From Phoronis australis (lineage: Eukaryota > Animalia > Phoronida), in NCBI GenBank assembly GCA_002633005.1, contig NMRA01000694.1, positions 62,001 to 126,000 of the forward strand: a stretch of DNA of 64,000 bases, written 5' to 3'. Positions 13,402 through 25,992 of this stretch are shown one piece after another. The position numbers and the translations under genes are program-made. Each line of letters begins with the position of its first letter. Position 1 is the stretch's first letter. The notes beneath the pieces are model-generated. The model ran no database searches and had not been told where the DNA came from. It saw only the letters and a program-made list of their open reading frames with translations.

Positions 13402-13853
13402 TGTTGTGTGCCGCCCTGACCACGGTAGTCTAATATATCATAGAACTATAAGACAGCTTACCTCACTGGATATACTATAGTCTCTAAAGTCTACTGAAGC
13501 ACTAATGAAGGTTGCAAATGCGATATACGATTTGTCTCTCTCGAGTCTCAAGTACGATGAACGAGTATTACTAAAACTACTAGAACGGCTTACCTCAGTT
13601 CAGCTTCCCTCATCCCACTCTGAACTCTACTAACTACTTCAAACAGGCTAATATACAGATACAAACGTGTGTACACAGTGACTATTCCAAGTCACACACG
13701 CACAGCAATAGCACATCTGAACCCTCAGACTTCACAGCGGCAACTCCCTAACTTTGAACTGCTGCTCTACAGGGATTCTGAAAACACCAGGGATGTGACG
13801 TAACTTCCGCATGACGTCACTACCATAGACTCGCTGGAGCGCGGTTCACTACA
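13402..13853 (-). repeat. 5' LTR of the gag-only element
   Basis: Direct repeat of 9609-10056 with TG...CA ends, adjacent to the PBS. Confidence 0.93.
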
Positions 13854-14333
13854 CTCGCACACCCGATATTACTTATACCAACTGGCAACACAGTCAACCG
13901 ACAGGCCCTGGAAACTTAACTGGTCGGATGCTGCGGTCCCACTTTAAACCACCTTAACTTCTTTAATTTTGAAGCAAAAATCATAATTTTAGCGTCAATG
14001 TGTTTACAAGACAAATGGGAACCATTTACGTGGTAAGGAAATGGGTCATTGTTTGCAGTGTTAGCGAAATTTTTCCCAGAGGCAAGTAAAGCTGTCTCGT
14101 TTTTCACTTTTGGATATTATTCTTTTAAAACTGGGTATTCAAATTCCATTCCAGTTTTAAATACTTATGATATCACACAGTGTATTTAAAAAATTGTATT
14201 TGAGTAGTACACCAGATTTACAGATTTTGGAGTAAAGTGTGAAGGTGTTTCGTCTAACATCGAAAATTCGAATGTTTCTGCACGTCAACGTATTAAATTT
14301 GTGCTTAGTTGGTACTTTTCCCAATTAGTTAAC

Positions 14334-14410
14334 GAGGCAGTCCATATAAAAACCAGTAAAATTTTCAAAAATCAGTCCAAAAAATGTCAAAATTCAAAAC
14401 AACTTCACAA
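14334..14410 (+). mobile_element. Sola3-type terminal inverted repeat (second family member; other end not located)
   Basis: GAGGCAGTCCATATAAAAACCAGTA...CAAAAATCAGTC...AAAACAACTTCA matches the reverse complement of 39680-39755; preceded by TTAAC. Confidence 0.65.
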
Positions 14411-17400
14411 CACGAAATGTTCGTGATAGAATCTCAAGGGTTACAGGGACTATAAACTTAATGGACATACTTTTCTCAACAAGTTCAATAGTTCATTACC
14501 CATTGGGGCTGTAGGGGTAATAAACATGGTAATTACGCTTGGTCTGGCAGTGGAACTTAACGCCATCAGGTAATGTGTATAGGCGTGAAATCGCATGTCA
14601 CCAGCCAAATAAAGGTTTGTATTTTTTCAGGAATTTCCTCTGACTCGAAAATGAGGTGAGGTTTTTTGGGTCGGTCTGTCACAACCGCAACGCGATATGT
14701 ATTTTGCTATTTTTTCTCTAGGTCCTGTACGTTTGTCATGAAGTGTCAAAATCTGTCAAGACAAACTTCACCATTGGAGCAATGGTTTACATGCCGTGAA
14801 TAATACGCTTACACGAAAGTCACACATTTCTAAAGATAAGCGTGACTTTTCACCAATCGTCTTTCGGAGCGGCTTTTACCGGGATCAAAGAGAGCGCGGC
14901 GTCAGAGTCGGACTCAGTTGCCATGACCGCATCGTCCGGTGCGAGCAAAACCCAATTAAGTGTAATTACCTGACCATAAACTGTAATAAACACCTCTGCC
15001 TGTACATTCTGGCGAATTTTCAAAATGCATTAACCAACAGTTTTCGTTAAAAGCAAATACCACAACTGTATTCAGATGGAAAAAACAACCAAGTTTGGTT
15101 TTCGGTTTTTTAAAATCGATGAACTATTAATCTAAAAACTACAAACATTGTGTTCGATTGAAGATAAACGACTGTGCGTATTGATATACTCGGTGATATA
15201 CAAAGGGTGATCAGAGTTAACGATATCACATGGATTATTCTTTTAATATACAAGTAAGCTACATTGAAACAACTATGAACAACACAGAGTCAGTGACTAA
15301 ATTGGACATCAATAATTTTTAAAACATCGCTTATGGCCCAGTGGATGCCGAACTACTTTACTCCAGGAGTATTACACTAACCAGAAAGCTGCTATTTACG
15401 GAAATTCGCCAGTTTCGATAGTTAGCTTGTAGTTGTAATGGAACACTTGTGAAGACAACTAAGATGGCTACATTTGTAGTCAACGATAGAGTGCAAGCAG
15501 TGGATGAGGTTGGTTGGTGGGCAAGAGCTGGGATTTCACTGATTTTTTATGACTGAGGAAAAGCTAGAATAGTTACTTAGTTACTGCAGCGAAAATTGTC
15601 CAGAGGTTCCAAATCTTCAGTTTGGCCATCCCCATATTTGCTCATTCGCATATATTTTATGATTTGAGTTCTAATAATGATTGAATTTGAACTAATGGCA
15701 CAAGGAGTTTTGTTTGCTGTGACATGTTTGGTGTAGCTCTAATCTGGAAAATTCAGGGATGGATTCACAGTTAACTGACTTCTATAAGTTGTTTTGATGC
15801 TTCGATTAAACACAAAATAAAAAGATAGCAACCCCAACGGTAGAAAAAAGGCAAGTAGACAGGAATATTAAAATAAAGTAATGAAAACAGGCATGAAACA
15901 TATTTAAAACCAACGTTCCTTTTGGAAGTGGCCCTTTATCAAGATCAATGCAAACTAACTTTTTAGTCTTTTTTAATATTTAAAATGTTCAATACTGCTC
16001 TTCATATTGCATTCTTTAACTCTGTGCAAATGCCAGAGAAAAACACTTTAGGTGTAATAATGACCACCATGGTTAAGAAAGTAGTGCTAGCAATTACCTT
16101 TCCACTTCATTAGCTCATATCTACATCAATACAAAGGGCGTGATGAATAGGAATTGTAAAAGTTGTCTGCGGCTTAGGGACTCAAGAGTGGTGACCAGTG
16201 TAAGTGAAAAATTATCTACATGATACAGGATTCCATGCCTGGAAGCCCAATTTTACTTCAGACTGAACACGCCTTGCTCCGGCAAGCATTCGTTGTGCAT
16301 CGGAACCATATTGGTTGCATCCCCAGGCAGTGTTGTGTACAACCCATCTAATACGAAAGCACTCAAGTCACTTTGTGGAAATAAAGATGTCATTGACCTA
16401 GCATAAACCTACGTATTCAATGACTGTAAAATAAAGTTATATACTCCAAATTCAAACTCATTTTTATATCAAATAAAAACATGAATATCCTAAAAATATA
16501 GTTTGCCTACAGCTGGTTAGAGTATTGTGACTGATTTCAAGACCTTAGCTCATTTCCCAACCACTGATTATCAATGCACCATGCAATGATGTATCTATAT
16601 TGTGACATTGATGTGTCAAGTGCCTCCCATTTTCAGAAAAAAATGACATTGGTGATGAAAGTAATGGTCTAGGGAAATGCGCAAACTGATTTTGGTTCCA
16701 ATAAATAAAACACACATTGTCAATGTATGTCGACTAAATACCAAAATCTATGGTAGAGGTAAACTTTTATGCAGCCATGTCCTGTCTCCCATGAAGTAGA
16801 CATTCTGAAATGTTTTGGTATAGCGAGTCATACATGGACTGGATAGTTGAGCCTATGTTTTATCTCGCAGTGTCATGTCTTGCGCCAACTTTCTCATGGT
16901 CAATATGTTTGCAATGTCAGTCAAAAATCAGTGTTCTGAAGTTGGTACAGCCAACATAAACCTGTGTGCAACTGAAAATCTTGCAGAAACTGCACAACAT
17001 CAAGTCCACGGTTTCGTCCAACATCTTGTTATATGTAGTCAGGGTAATTGGGTATAGTAAACACTTAAATTCAAATTCATTTTCCATGACTAAATCTCTG
17101 AGGGAGTTTAAGTTAAAACAGTTGAAACAACATATTCAAGATATTGTATACATCCACTGGATGTCAAAATGTTGTAATTATGTCATTCCAAACTCATTTT
17201 TCTGGGTGAGAACAACCTATTCTCAGTTTTGGAGTGAAGTGTAGGAACTCGGATCCAGTTGTTGGTAGTAAAAATTCAACTGTTCAATGCATTTGTGTTT
17301 CGTTAACTGAGCCGCGTTATCTCTGGGATCCGGATCAGGAACTGGATCATCTGTCGTATTAGGATTTGGGTCATTGTCTGTACCTGGAATATCTCTCTGT

Positions 17401-18851
17401 TTGTAAAATAATCCAGTCTTTTTAGGCCTTTTCATGGCAGACGACAGACTCAGTGTTCACTACAATGTTTCCAATGCACATGTTGTTTCATAAGGAAAAA
17501 CAGATGACACTGGCAGTCCAAAATGCTGGAATTAACCCCCCTTGAAAACGCAAACCTAGTGCACTGTCATTGTAAAAGTATACAGCTGTGATCGACATTG
17601 CAGTTTTTCAATTGGGGTAATTATAGATATTGGAACTACCAACAAAATTCCTTACCAATTAATGAGATGAGCTCAATTCTGATTAGCTAATGACATGAGA
17701 AATGCATCAAAAGCAACCAATAGTATTCGTCCAAGTGAGCTCCACGAGTAACACACAATAATATTGTAGAATGGCCATTAAACTTTGGCCTAGACGACGT
17801 GCCAGTTCACAACAAACGTGAATGCAAAGAGCGCGAATACTGTCTACACTATTACCATAAATGAAGCGGGGGGAAATGTCTGGACTAAAGTAAAATCAGT
17901 CAGACATTCTGAATATAATTGGACCCAATCCAATGTCTGTTAACAAAATCTCTGTTACCAACTACGTGGCATCTCACAATCTGCTCAAAATTTAGCATAA
18001 GCAGTTCTCAGGAAGAAACTACTTTGAATACTCAGTACATTGGGAATGGCATAATATTGCAACCATTTAACAATCAAGTTGGCAACTTTTGAAAATTATT
18101 AGATTATTAGGCTGTCTTCTCCTCTCCGCCTGGTGGAGGTCATGAGTTAATTGGTATGTTTATTTACCAAAAATATTCATGATAATGGATCAAAACTGTA
18201 GTCTCGTACATTGCAAAATTCAAGAGCACCCTTCTGTGCAACGAATGCTATAGTCTATTCTGTGGTTCACTCCTTGGTACTCAGGTTATGTGACTGTCGG
18301 ACTACAGACTGAAGTGTCACTGTCAGCTAGCCAGTTGGCTGTGTATGATTGAATATCATGCAAGATTAACACAGGATGCACTGCAATATTATACCTTAAT
18401 GCGCTGGATGTCACTTCCCTTGGGAAGTATTTTAAAAGCCAGGAATATATCCCTGAACGCTAGCAGCCAATTCCATAAAGGTGGTTTAAAGTTAAACCTG
18501 GTTTAAATTGGACTTTGACCTGAGTTTTGAAGATAGTCTGCATTTCATAAAGGTGGTGTAAGTTTTAGACCAGTGATCTTGTAAAACATGGTTGAACTCC
18601 AGTTGATAGATCTGGTCTAAGTCTAGTTTTCATTTCGTCAACGAGGTCCAAGGAAGATAGACTATCTTCCTTAGACCTGTATTCAGATCCTAAAGCAGGT
18701 TTGACAGTATACTTGGTCAGACCCAGGTTTAATACTGTTAAATATGTCAGACTTGCAAGATGTAGATGCAACCGAATGATGCCACGGTGTGGATTTACGA
18801 GGCAGTTTTAGAGCAAGTTTTACAATTATGACACAATTAGAACAAAGGTAA

Positions 18852-18989
18852 CTGGAGCGGATCCAGGATTTTTAAAGGGGGTTGGATCAAGGATTTTTTA
18901 AAAGGTGTCCAAGTACACAATTTGAAAATTATAGATTTGAAATCACTAAAATCAAGAGAAAAAAGGGGTCCGGACCCCTTGACCCCCTG
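18852..18989. mobile_element. hAT-like MITE nested in the Harbinger element (right TIR partly deleted)
   Basis: Starts CTGGAGCGGATCCAGG; flanks GGTAA / GGTAG. Confidence 0.5.
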
Positions 18990-19117
18990 GGTAGGGTGTC
19001 CTTCGGATTCCTCAGAATACAACCAGTTGAGTAGGGCGTCATTGTCGTAAGCGCTACGGGTTTGACTGAAGACGGCATCTTCTGATTCTTGTGACCATGT
19101 TCCACCTCAATTGGTCC

Positions 19118-19280
19118 CCTGATTTAAGGTTGCCATGCAGGGGTCCTGTCCCCCTCTGGGCGCAAAAAATAAACAGTAAGAAATTGTGCATTTACTATGT
19201 TGCGGCTAATCATGATCAAGTAAGGACACAGACATTACAAAATGAAGATGTCCCCTCATGATATCCTAGATCTGCCACTG
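19118..19280. mobile_element. hAT-like MITE nested in the Harbinger element, 5-bp TSD
   Basis: Right TIR CTAGATCTGCCACTG; GGTCC flanks both sides (19113-19117 and 19281-19285); left TIR eroded. Confidence 0.55.
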
Positions 19281-19289
19281 GGTCCCTTG

Positions 19290-19550
19290 ACCATATTTCT
19301 TTGCAGTTTTTTACTTATGAAATTTTCTTTCTGGTCTTCATTTTTTAGTGATATCCTTTAACTGTTCTTGCTGCAATTCTCCGAGTGTGGGAACTGTGCA
19401 GCCAGTCTGGACCAATATCTCTCCAAGCCTGCTGCTTTTGTCAGCTTGATTTGTACCATGAGTATTGTTCTCTATAACAGTAGCTTTTTCTCTGATCAGT
19501 TATGTCAGGGAATATTTCTCCTCACGAGAAAGGATTTTAGTTCTTTTTTA
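19290..19550 (-). pseudogene. Harbinger Myb/SANT-like DNA-binding protein remnant
   Basis: Manual translation across a stop and frameshifts gives KRTKILSREEKYSLT*LIREKATVIEN..K/KQQAWRDI...RTVK/DITKK, matching the Myb_DNA-bind_5/MSANTD pattern. Confidence 0.65.
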
Positions 19551-20078
19551 ATGTCTGCACTGATTCTATTGCTGTGTGCCATTGTGTACCCACATGGTCA
19601 AAGTTTCATTGAAGCACTTCTAATTGTTTCTTTGTTGGGTTTATCCAGATCAAAAGAATAGTGTAAGTTGTATACTTTAAACCTGGTTTTACTAATCCCA
19701 CTCACTGGTCTAATAAAACCAGGCTATTAAACCGTGTTGGTGAAATGCAAGTGAAGTCTTAAGTTAGACCAGGTCTATGAAGACCTCCCGAGGTTTAAGT
19801 CTTAAACATGGTTTTGTTAAACCACCTTATGAAATCGGTGGAAGTGTACTACTGGCCCCGACTTGAGTGTTGGTTCTGAAGTGAAGCTTTAAATTGGTCC
19901 TGTGAAGACATATGATGAAGTTAATGAAGACAATGTTTTGTTATTTTCAACATCTGTGAATTGTCTATGCTCAGCGAGTGGAGAGCCTACATCACAATTA
20001 GAATTCAGACAGAATGTTGAACTGTCGTGGTACAACGCACAAGTTTTGTAACTAAATTAATCACATGCTTCATTACAG

Positions 20079-20499
20079 GTGCTCAGGCTTTGGAGAGGGA
20101 TATGCTTAATTCCAACTGGAAGTAACTTCACTAATAGTGGATAGTGACAAGAGTTGTGAAGAAGATGGATATTACGGAAGTGGATGTGATGCAGGTACAC
20201 AGCTGGTAACCAGGAATAATGGATAAACACCAGCCTAGTGAAGTTGGTGGACATGATGGAGGTACACTGCTGGATAGTGACCAATACAGTGAAGAGGATG
20301 GACGTGGTTTAGATACACAGTTGAGTGCAAGAGTAATAGATAGTGACCAGTCAAGTGAAGATTATTGGAGTACTGAAAGTTCAGGGTCGGAGAGTGAAGA
20401 GGATGGACGTGGTTTAGATACACAGTTGAGTGCAAGATTAATAGAAGATTTTTTGGGTACTGGAAGTTCATGGTTGGCGAGTGAAGAGGATCGATGTTG
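20079..20499 (+). pseudogene. Disrupted acidic, internally repeated exon
   Basis: Acceptor CATTACAG and donor GTGAGT; encodes repeats of SEEDGRGLDTQLSAR; one stop (20107) and one frameshift (length 421 nt). Confidence 0.5.
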
Positions 20500-20870
20500 G
20501 TGAGTATTTTTGTCAATGCAATTCGTTTGACTCAGGGTATCAATATACCATATTTTGAGCTGAAAATCCACAAGTCACCACACCAGTGGTCTGTTTTGCT
20601 GTGACATGCCTTTCTCTGTCAGTAGCAACATTGAAGGCTGAAGTAGCAACCCACCATTATAGGATAAAAGTTGTTCTTTGTAGTGGTTCCGGCGCCTGGT
20701 ATCCTGGCATTTGTAACAAACTGAAAGAAAGTGAAGATGTATATATGCAGTTGTCGGACCAGTTCATTCAGGGTCTAATTTGTTCCACTATTGTGCGGTA
20801 TTGACACCTGCCAGGTCACATACTTTGTACTCAAAGAATTGAAATATCTTCAGGACCCTAAAGAATAACT

Positions 20871-21008
20871 GACTAGAATTTATCACACCAAGACCTATAA
20901 TTTATCTTGTCAAGACCGAAAATTTATCACTCCAGAATAGAAAACTTACGTGTATCACGCCAGGACAGAAAACTGATCTTGCTAATACAAAAATCTTTAT
21001 GCCAGGAG
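20871..21008. repeat. Degenerate ~22-bp minisatellite, about 6 copies
   Basis: AATTTATCACACCAAGACC-like unit repeated in tandem. Confidence 0.6.
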
Positions 21009-21102
21009 GCCCTGCGACCATCCTTTGTCTGACAATGTTGATCCGCTTTGTCTATCATTCTCAGCTGTTGAATGGTTAGGCTCATGACTTTGAGAGGTCA
21101 AT

Positions 21103-23194
21103 CAGGGCTCGACGCTATTAAAATCGCCAGGTCGCATTTTGCGACCTAGCCAAAGTCCCGGGTCGCATATTCAAAATCCAGCTCGCATTCGTAAATGCCA
21201 GGTCGCAAAATTTTCCCGCCATTTTTTCGCGCCAAAATAGATTTTTTAGATCATCGAGAAAATGTTTAGATTATGCTCTTACCTGCAGCGTTAAATACTC
21301 ACAAATTTCGGATCTCAAAATTGACTTCATTCATGCAGGTACGGCCTTACTGTTCTTCACGACCGCCATTGAAAGACTCTAGAGCGCAAGGCAAGTTGCC
21401 TACGTGAAAGTTGAATCAGTGCTCTCTAACTGACTTGTGCATTCGAGTAGCTAAATTTGCGATGTGAAAAGGGAGAAAATGCCCGTTGAAAAAGCATCNN
21501 NNNNNNNNNNNNNNNNNNNNNNNNNNNNNNNNNNNNNNNNNNNNNNNNNNNNNNNNNNNNNNNNNNNNNNNNNNNNNNNNNNNNNNNNNNNNNNNNNNNN
21601 NNNNNNNNNNNNNNNNNNNNNNNNNNNNNNNNNNNNNNNNNNNNNNNNNNNNNNNNNNNNNNNNNNNNNNNNNNNNNNNNNNNNNNNNNNNNNNNNNNNN
21701 NNNNNNNNNNNNNNNNNNNNNNNNNNNNNNNNNNNNNNNNNNNNNNNNNNNNNNNNNNNNNNNNNNNNNNNNNNNNNNNNNNNNNNNNNNNNNNNNNNNN
21801 NNNNNNNNNNNNNNNNNNNNNNNNNNNNNNNNNNNNNNNNNNNNNNNNNNNNNNNNNNNNNNNNNNNNNNNNNNNNNNNNNNNNNNNNNNNNNNNNNNNN
21901 NNNNNNNNNNNNNNNNNNNNNNNNNNNNNNNNNNNNNNNNNNNNNNNNNNNNNNNNNNNNNNNNNNNNNNNNNNNNNNNNNNNNNNNNNNNNNNNNNNNN
22001 NNNNNNNNNNNNNNNNNNNNNNNNNNNNNNNNNNNNNNNNNNNNNNNNNNNNNNNNNNNNNNNNNNNNNNNNNNNNNNNNNNNNNNNNNNNNNNNNGGGG
22101 GGGTGGGGTGTATAAAGAGAAGAATAAAAAGTTCGCTAACTTGAACCACAGTTTTGCATCTAGTGCCAGTTTAGTTGCAATAGCTGGCTACGGGTATAGA
22201 ATACAGGGTTTACAGAACATCGACCTCGGGAACATCGGAACAGGAAAACGTCAGTTCTGGGTTATATCGGTCCCGGGACATCGGGTCTTTTATAACCGCT
22301 GGGAATCTGAGTTCATTTTCAAGAAACCAGAGCCAAGCCGGTATACTCTTTCATTTAGGACTGTTGCTGTTCTTTGAAGTGGTGCGCACGCGTGAGTTCA
22401 CGCACTTGAATCGCTGGAGTAGGCCTACTACGTTGGCAACAACGTGTGAAAGACAAATCATATTTCGCGCACGTAGCTCCAGAAACAAGTTCTTGGCAAC
22501 TGAAAGTAAAGACGTGTCCGTTGTTTGGCGATTAGTAAGGTTGTCATTTTCACTTTGGCTGTCTTAACACGATAAAAAGGAGAAGCACATCTCAGTCTAA
22601 GTCACGATTGTCTGCCGGGACCGCTTGCGCGCGGCGGTGCCGCAGTGCGATAACAGGGATACTGTCGTGAATATTTGGTACATGTAATAAGGACATCTTA
22701 TGTGAAAAATAAACATTTTTGTCCACCACAAAGTTTGGTAAGTTGATCGCTTAAGAATTAGTAGAAACACCGTTGTTTTATGAAGTTTTATCACGTGTTA
22801 AGCTGTGGCCCGAAACTTTCTCTGGCGAATCCGGGAATTTACAAAAGTGGCCGAAAGTGTTAGCCAATGAAACGCGTCAAAGATCGATTCTGCATATCCC
22901 ATGTTCACGCGACTTGCTTACAAGTCATCGGGAGGGCTGTTCTCGGATAGTGTTCTTTTGAACTTGGATTTGGCAACAACCAAATAACGGTCAGATTAAC
23001 AAGAGTTGCTTTGTATTTGCCAGGTATCTGTTAAGAAGTATAAAAACTCAGCTCGCATTCGTTGGAAATTCCAGGTCACATTTTGCGACTTGACACTAGC
23101 TGACAAAAATCTCAGCTCGCATTTCCAAATTTCAGGTCGCATTTCCAAATTTCAGGTCGCAAACGCGACCTGCAGCTCGTTATGTCGAGCCCTG
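21103..23194. mobile_element. hAT5-like non-autonomous DNA transposon (spans a gap)
   Basis: 11-bp TIR CAGGGCTCGAC / GTCGAGCCCTG, perfect 5-bp TSD TCAAT, multiple subterminal AGGTCGCA / AGCTCGCA repeats. Confidence 0.85.
21499..22096. other. Assembly gap
   Basis: Run of N. Confidence 1.
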
Positions 23195-24379
23195 TCAATT
23201 ATGCTTGTGGATGATCATGCGGTCTCCTGGCATGAAAAGTGAATGACGTTAACAACTGCCATGTTGATGACATTAACAATGATCAGGACTTAAATTAACC
23301 ACAGTGTCTCATTTCATGCTTCATCACAACAAATTTTTCCAAAGAACCATTGTTTTCTTACTGAGAGCATTATTCCAGTCTTGACAGGCATTCTATAAGA
23401 ACTGCAGGCCTGGAATGCTTTTTCGATCTCGCGCTTCTGAGGTTGCGTAACACATGCGTGGAATTTGTTTTGTTTGTCCAAGTGCATATATTTTTGCACC
23501 CTTAATGTAAGCCTGGTAGGACGCTGTTTATTTTTTCAGCTAGTTATTATCATTGATAAACAAGTACAAAAACAAACAAGTACATCCATTCATTCAATCA
23601 TGCACACCTCAGGAGAGACCATTCTCGTATCTCGTATAAAGTAAACAACTGTGACATGGAGTTAACGTGTACATTAAAATTCTCTAATTTCCCATACACA
23701 AAATTTTTATATGCAATTAATTTTTTAGCATTATTGTTCTTTTAAGTATAATTGTTACAAACTTGTGAACATTAGGTACTAGTGATGCTAATCATTTTGT
23801 GAAACCTTGAAACTTTAAAATCATATAGATAACCGTTCAAAATTATGCATTAAAACGTTTTACTTTTTACTGATTGGTTTGTGAGGTACACAAGTGAAAC
23901 ACCTCTTTTCTGTTTTGATGGGCCTTTAAAAGTGCTGTTGGGTTTGATACGCAAGGCACATCAAAACTTTAAAGGAGCAATGTACCTTAGTGATGAGGGT
24001 AGAACCCAGTGCGAAAAAAGAATACACACATGGGATTTCAAGTCCACCTTGTGGGACATTCACGCTCTTGTAACGACCATTTGTGACTGTACAGTCGATG
24101 TGACCACCTCATCTTACAAAGTGGTAAAAGACTGCCGAGTGATCATGATGAACATGGCCGACAGTTATACCGTTTTTGTATAGCCATACTGTGAGGATCG
24201 TTGTGTGGGTGATGCCAAAAATATCTGTAATCATGTTAGCCCTAAACAGTCGAATGTGTATGTCATATCGAAGTGTTAGCTAGTGTGTGTTGATCTAGGA
24301 TGGAGCTTGTGGTCTTTCTGAAGTTAACTTAGTGAACTCACATGTAATGACACTTTTCACAAAGTCTGTGATCATCAAC

Positions 24380-24760
24380 AAATCTATACATTTCTATGCA
24401 GTAACAGCAAAACAGACCCCAAAAATAGATTACACCTCTACCCGACTCCCCATGACCAGCAGCTACGCAGTGACACCTGTACAGCTTGTGGTCACTTTAA
24501 ACAAACAGTTCCTCTTTACGAAGTCTATGATTAGTCCTATCTGAGACACCACAAGTCTTTACATTTCAATATTATAACAACAGGACAAACCCCAACAATA
24601 GATTACACCTCTCCCCAACTCCCCATGAATATCAGCCAGGGTGACGCCTTGACTGGTGGCTGTCTGTTTGAAGACACAATCCTTCACTGAAATTTGCACT
24701 GCATCCCAATGTGCAGTCACAAGCATAAGATTACACCTAATCCCCCACCATTAACAATGT
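24380..24760. repeat. Degenerate tandem repeat with ~175-bp period
   Basis: ATAGATTACACCTCT..CC.ACTCCCCATGA at ~24425 and ~24598, with a third partial AGATTACACCT at ~24728. Confidence 0.55.
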
Positions 24761-25992
24761 TTCCCCGGGCCCCTTGTCATAGTCATCCTACATGGGTTCT
24801 CAAAATCGCATGTGGAACATATGGTCGTTTGAAAAGACTTGACTTTGCGTTGATTTTGTGTCCCAACACTAAATAAAGAATAATGTTCTACTCAGTTTAC
24901 ATTCACTGTCTGTTTAACTCAAACACATTTCATTCCTCTATTACACATATTTGGTCAACTACACTCATCCCCTTTCAAAATGGTTGGTATTTTTTAAATG
25001 ATGAACTAAGCTAATAGTTAGTATTATGCGATGCCTTTGCAGTTTTTGATTGACTGGCTCGTGCCTTTGAGACTGACATGTCTGTAGCTCTAAGCACTCT
25101 CAAGTGATACACGGTTGAGAATAGTCAATTAACTCAGGTCGTTAAGTGCAGCATACATTCTTTTATTTTTTTCGCTTGACACTTACAATTTCGGCCAATG
25201 AACACCACTATTCTCAATGAATTCATATACACGAAAGCGTCAACATACTTGCCCAAATCTGTTCTGTGCCAGGACCATGTGGACAGCTCGTGGCTGGATA
25301 GCCTTCACCCGGCTGATTTCACTAAAACGAAAAGGATTTTCGCTTACTCGGTAAGGCCGCACTGTCAGAGCTCATTAGTAGTTTAGTAGTCGATTACCCT
25401 TTTATGATGTGTTGAAATTCAGTGAATTAAATTGAGCATTTTCAGTGAAAGCACGCTTTTTGGATAATAGCGCGATAAGGGAATTAGTGATGTCTTGATG
25501 CAAGTTTTTATTCACTTGGTGAATTACAGTGGCCAGTGTTGGTTTACCATTATTTAGACAATGTAACGTAAGCATACTCATGACATAAAATCACTTTTGA
25601 GTTAGTGGCGAGCTTTGGTGCTCGATTGGAAAGACGAATCTCAGGAATCAAATCCCAATGAGACTTGCATTACATTACAAAGAGGGTTTAAATTATTAAA
25701 TTAAACCATTAATTGCCCATAGCAGCAGTCAGTGTTGTGAATTGTTGACTACAAAATAGTGGTTTCACAAGTTTGTCCAAATCTTGTTTATGGTAACTCA
25801 GTTTTATGACTCAAGAGCTTCCAGTTTACCCAGCAGTCAGGTGTTGATACAATGTAATACAATATTTCAACTTTCTGATACAATCAAACATGCTACTTAC
25901 TGAATTACTTTGCTACAGTCCCAAACCAGTTGATTTGCATTAGAATTATATCACAGCTTTTTCGGGGGGGAGGGGTCCCATTCTCTGCACAT

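Larger units (their letters stand above)
9609..13853 (-). mobile_element. Non-autonomous gag-only Ty3/Gypsy-type LTR retrotransposon
   Basis: Two ~450-bp direct repeats with TG...CA ends, 4-bp TSD CTCA/CTCG, tRNA-Leu PBS, PPT and a gag ORF; no protease, RT or integrase motifs seen. Confidence 0.92.
18464..19841 (-). mobile_element. PIF/Harbinger-like deletion derivative
   Basis: Imperfect TIRs CAGCCAATTCCATAAAGGTGGTTTAA / TTAAACCACCTTATGAAATCGGTGG, subterminal AAACCAGG/CCTGGTTT repeats, and an internal Myb/SANT remnant. Confidence 0.7.

Noticed and set aside
16000-17440. Possible decayed coding region (DP-rich 70-aa ORF, CLP motif reminiscent of a vertnin-like OTU domain)
   Set aside because: No diagnostic motif could be recovered; it may be the interior of the element starting at 14334, but this is unproven.
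21451-22149. Long ORFs made of X (also 37780-38334 and 50516-51418)
   Set aside because: Artefacts of translating through N gaps.
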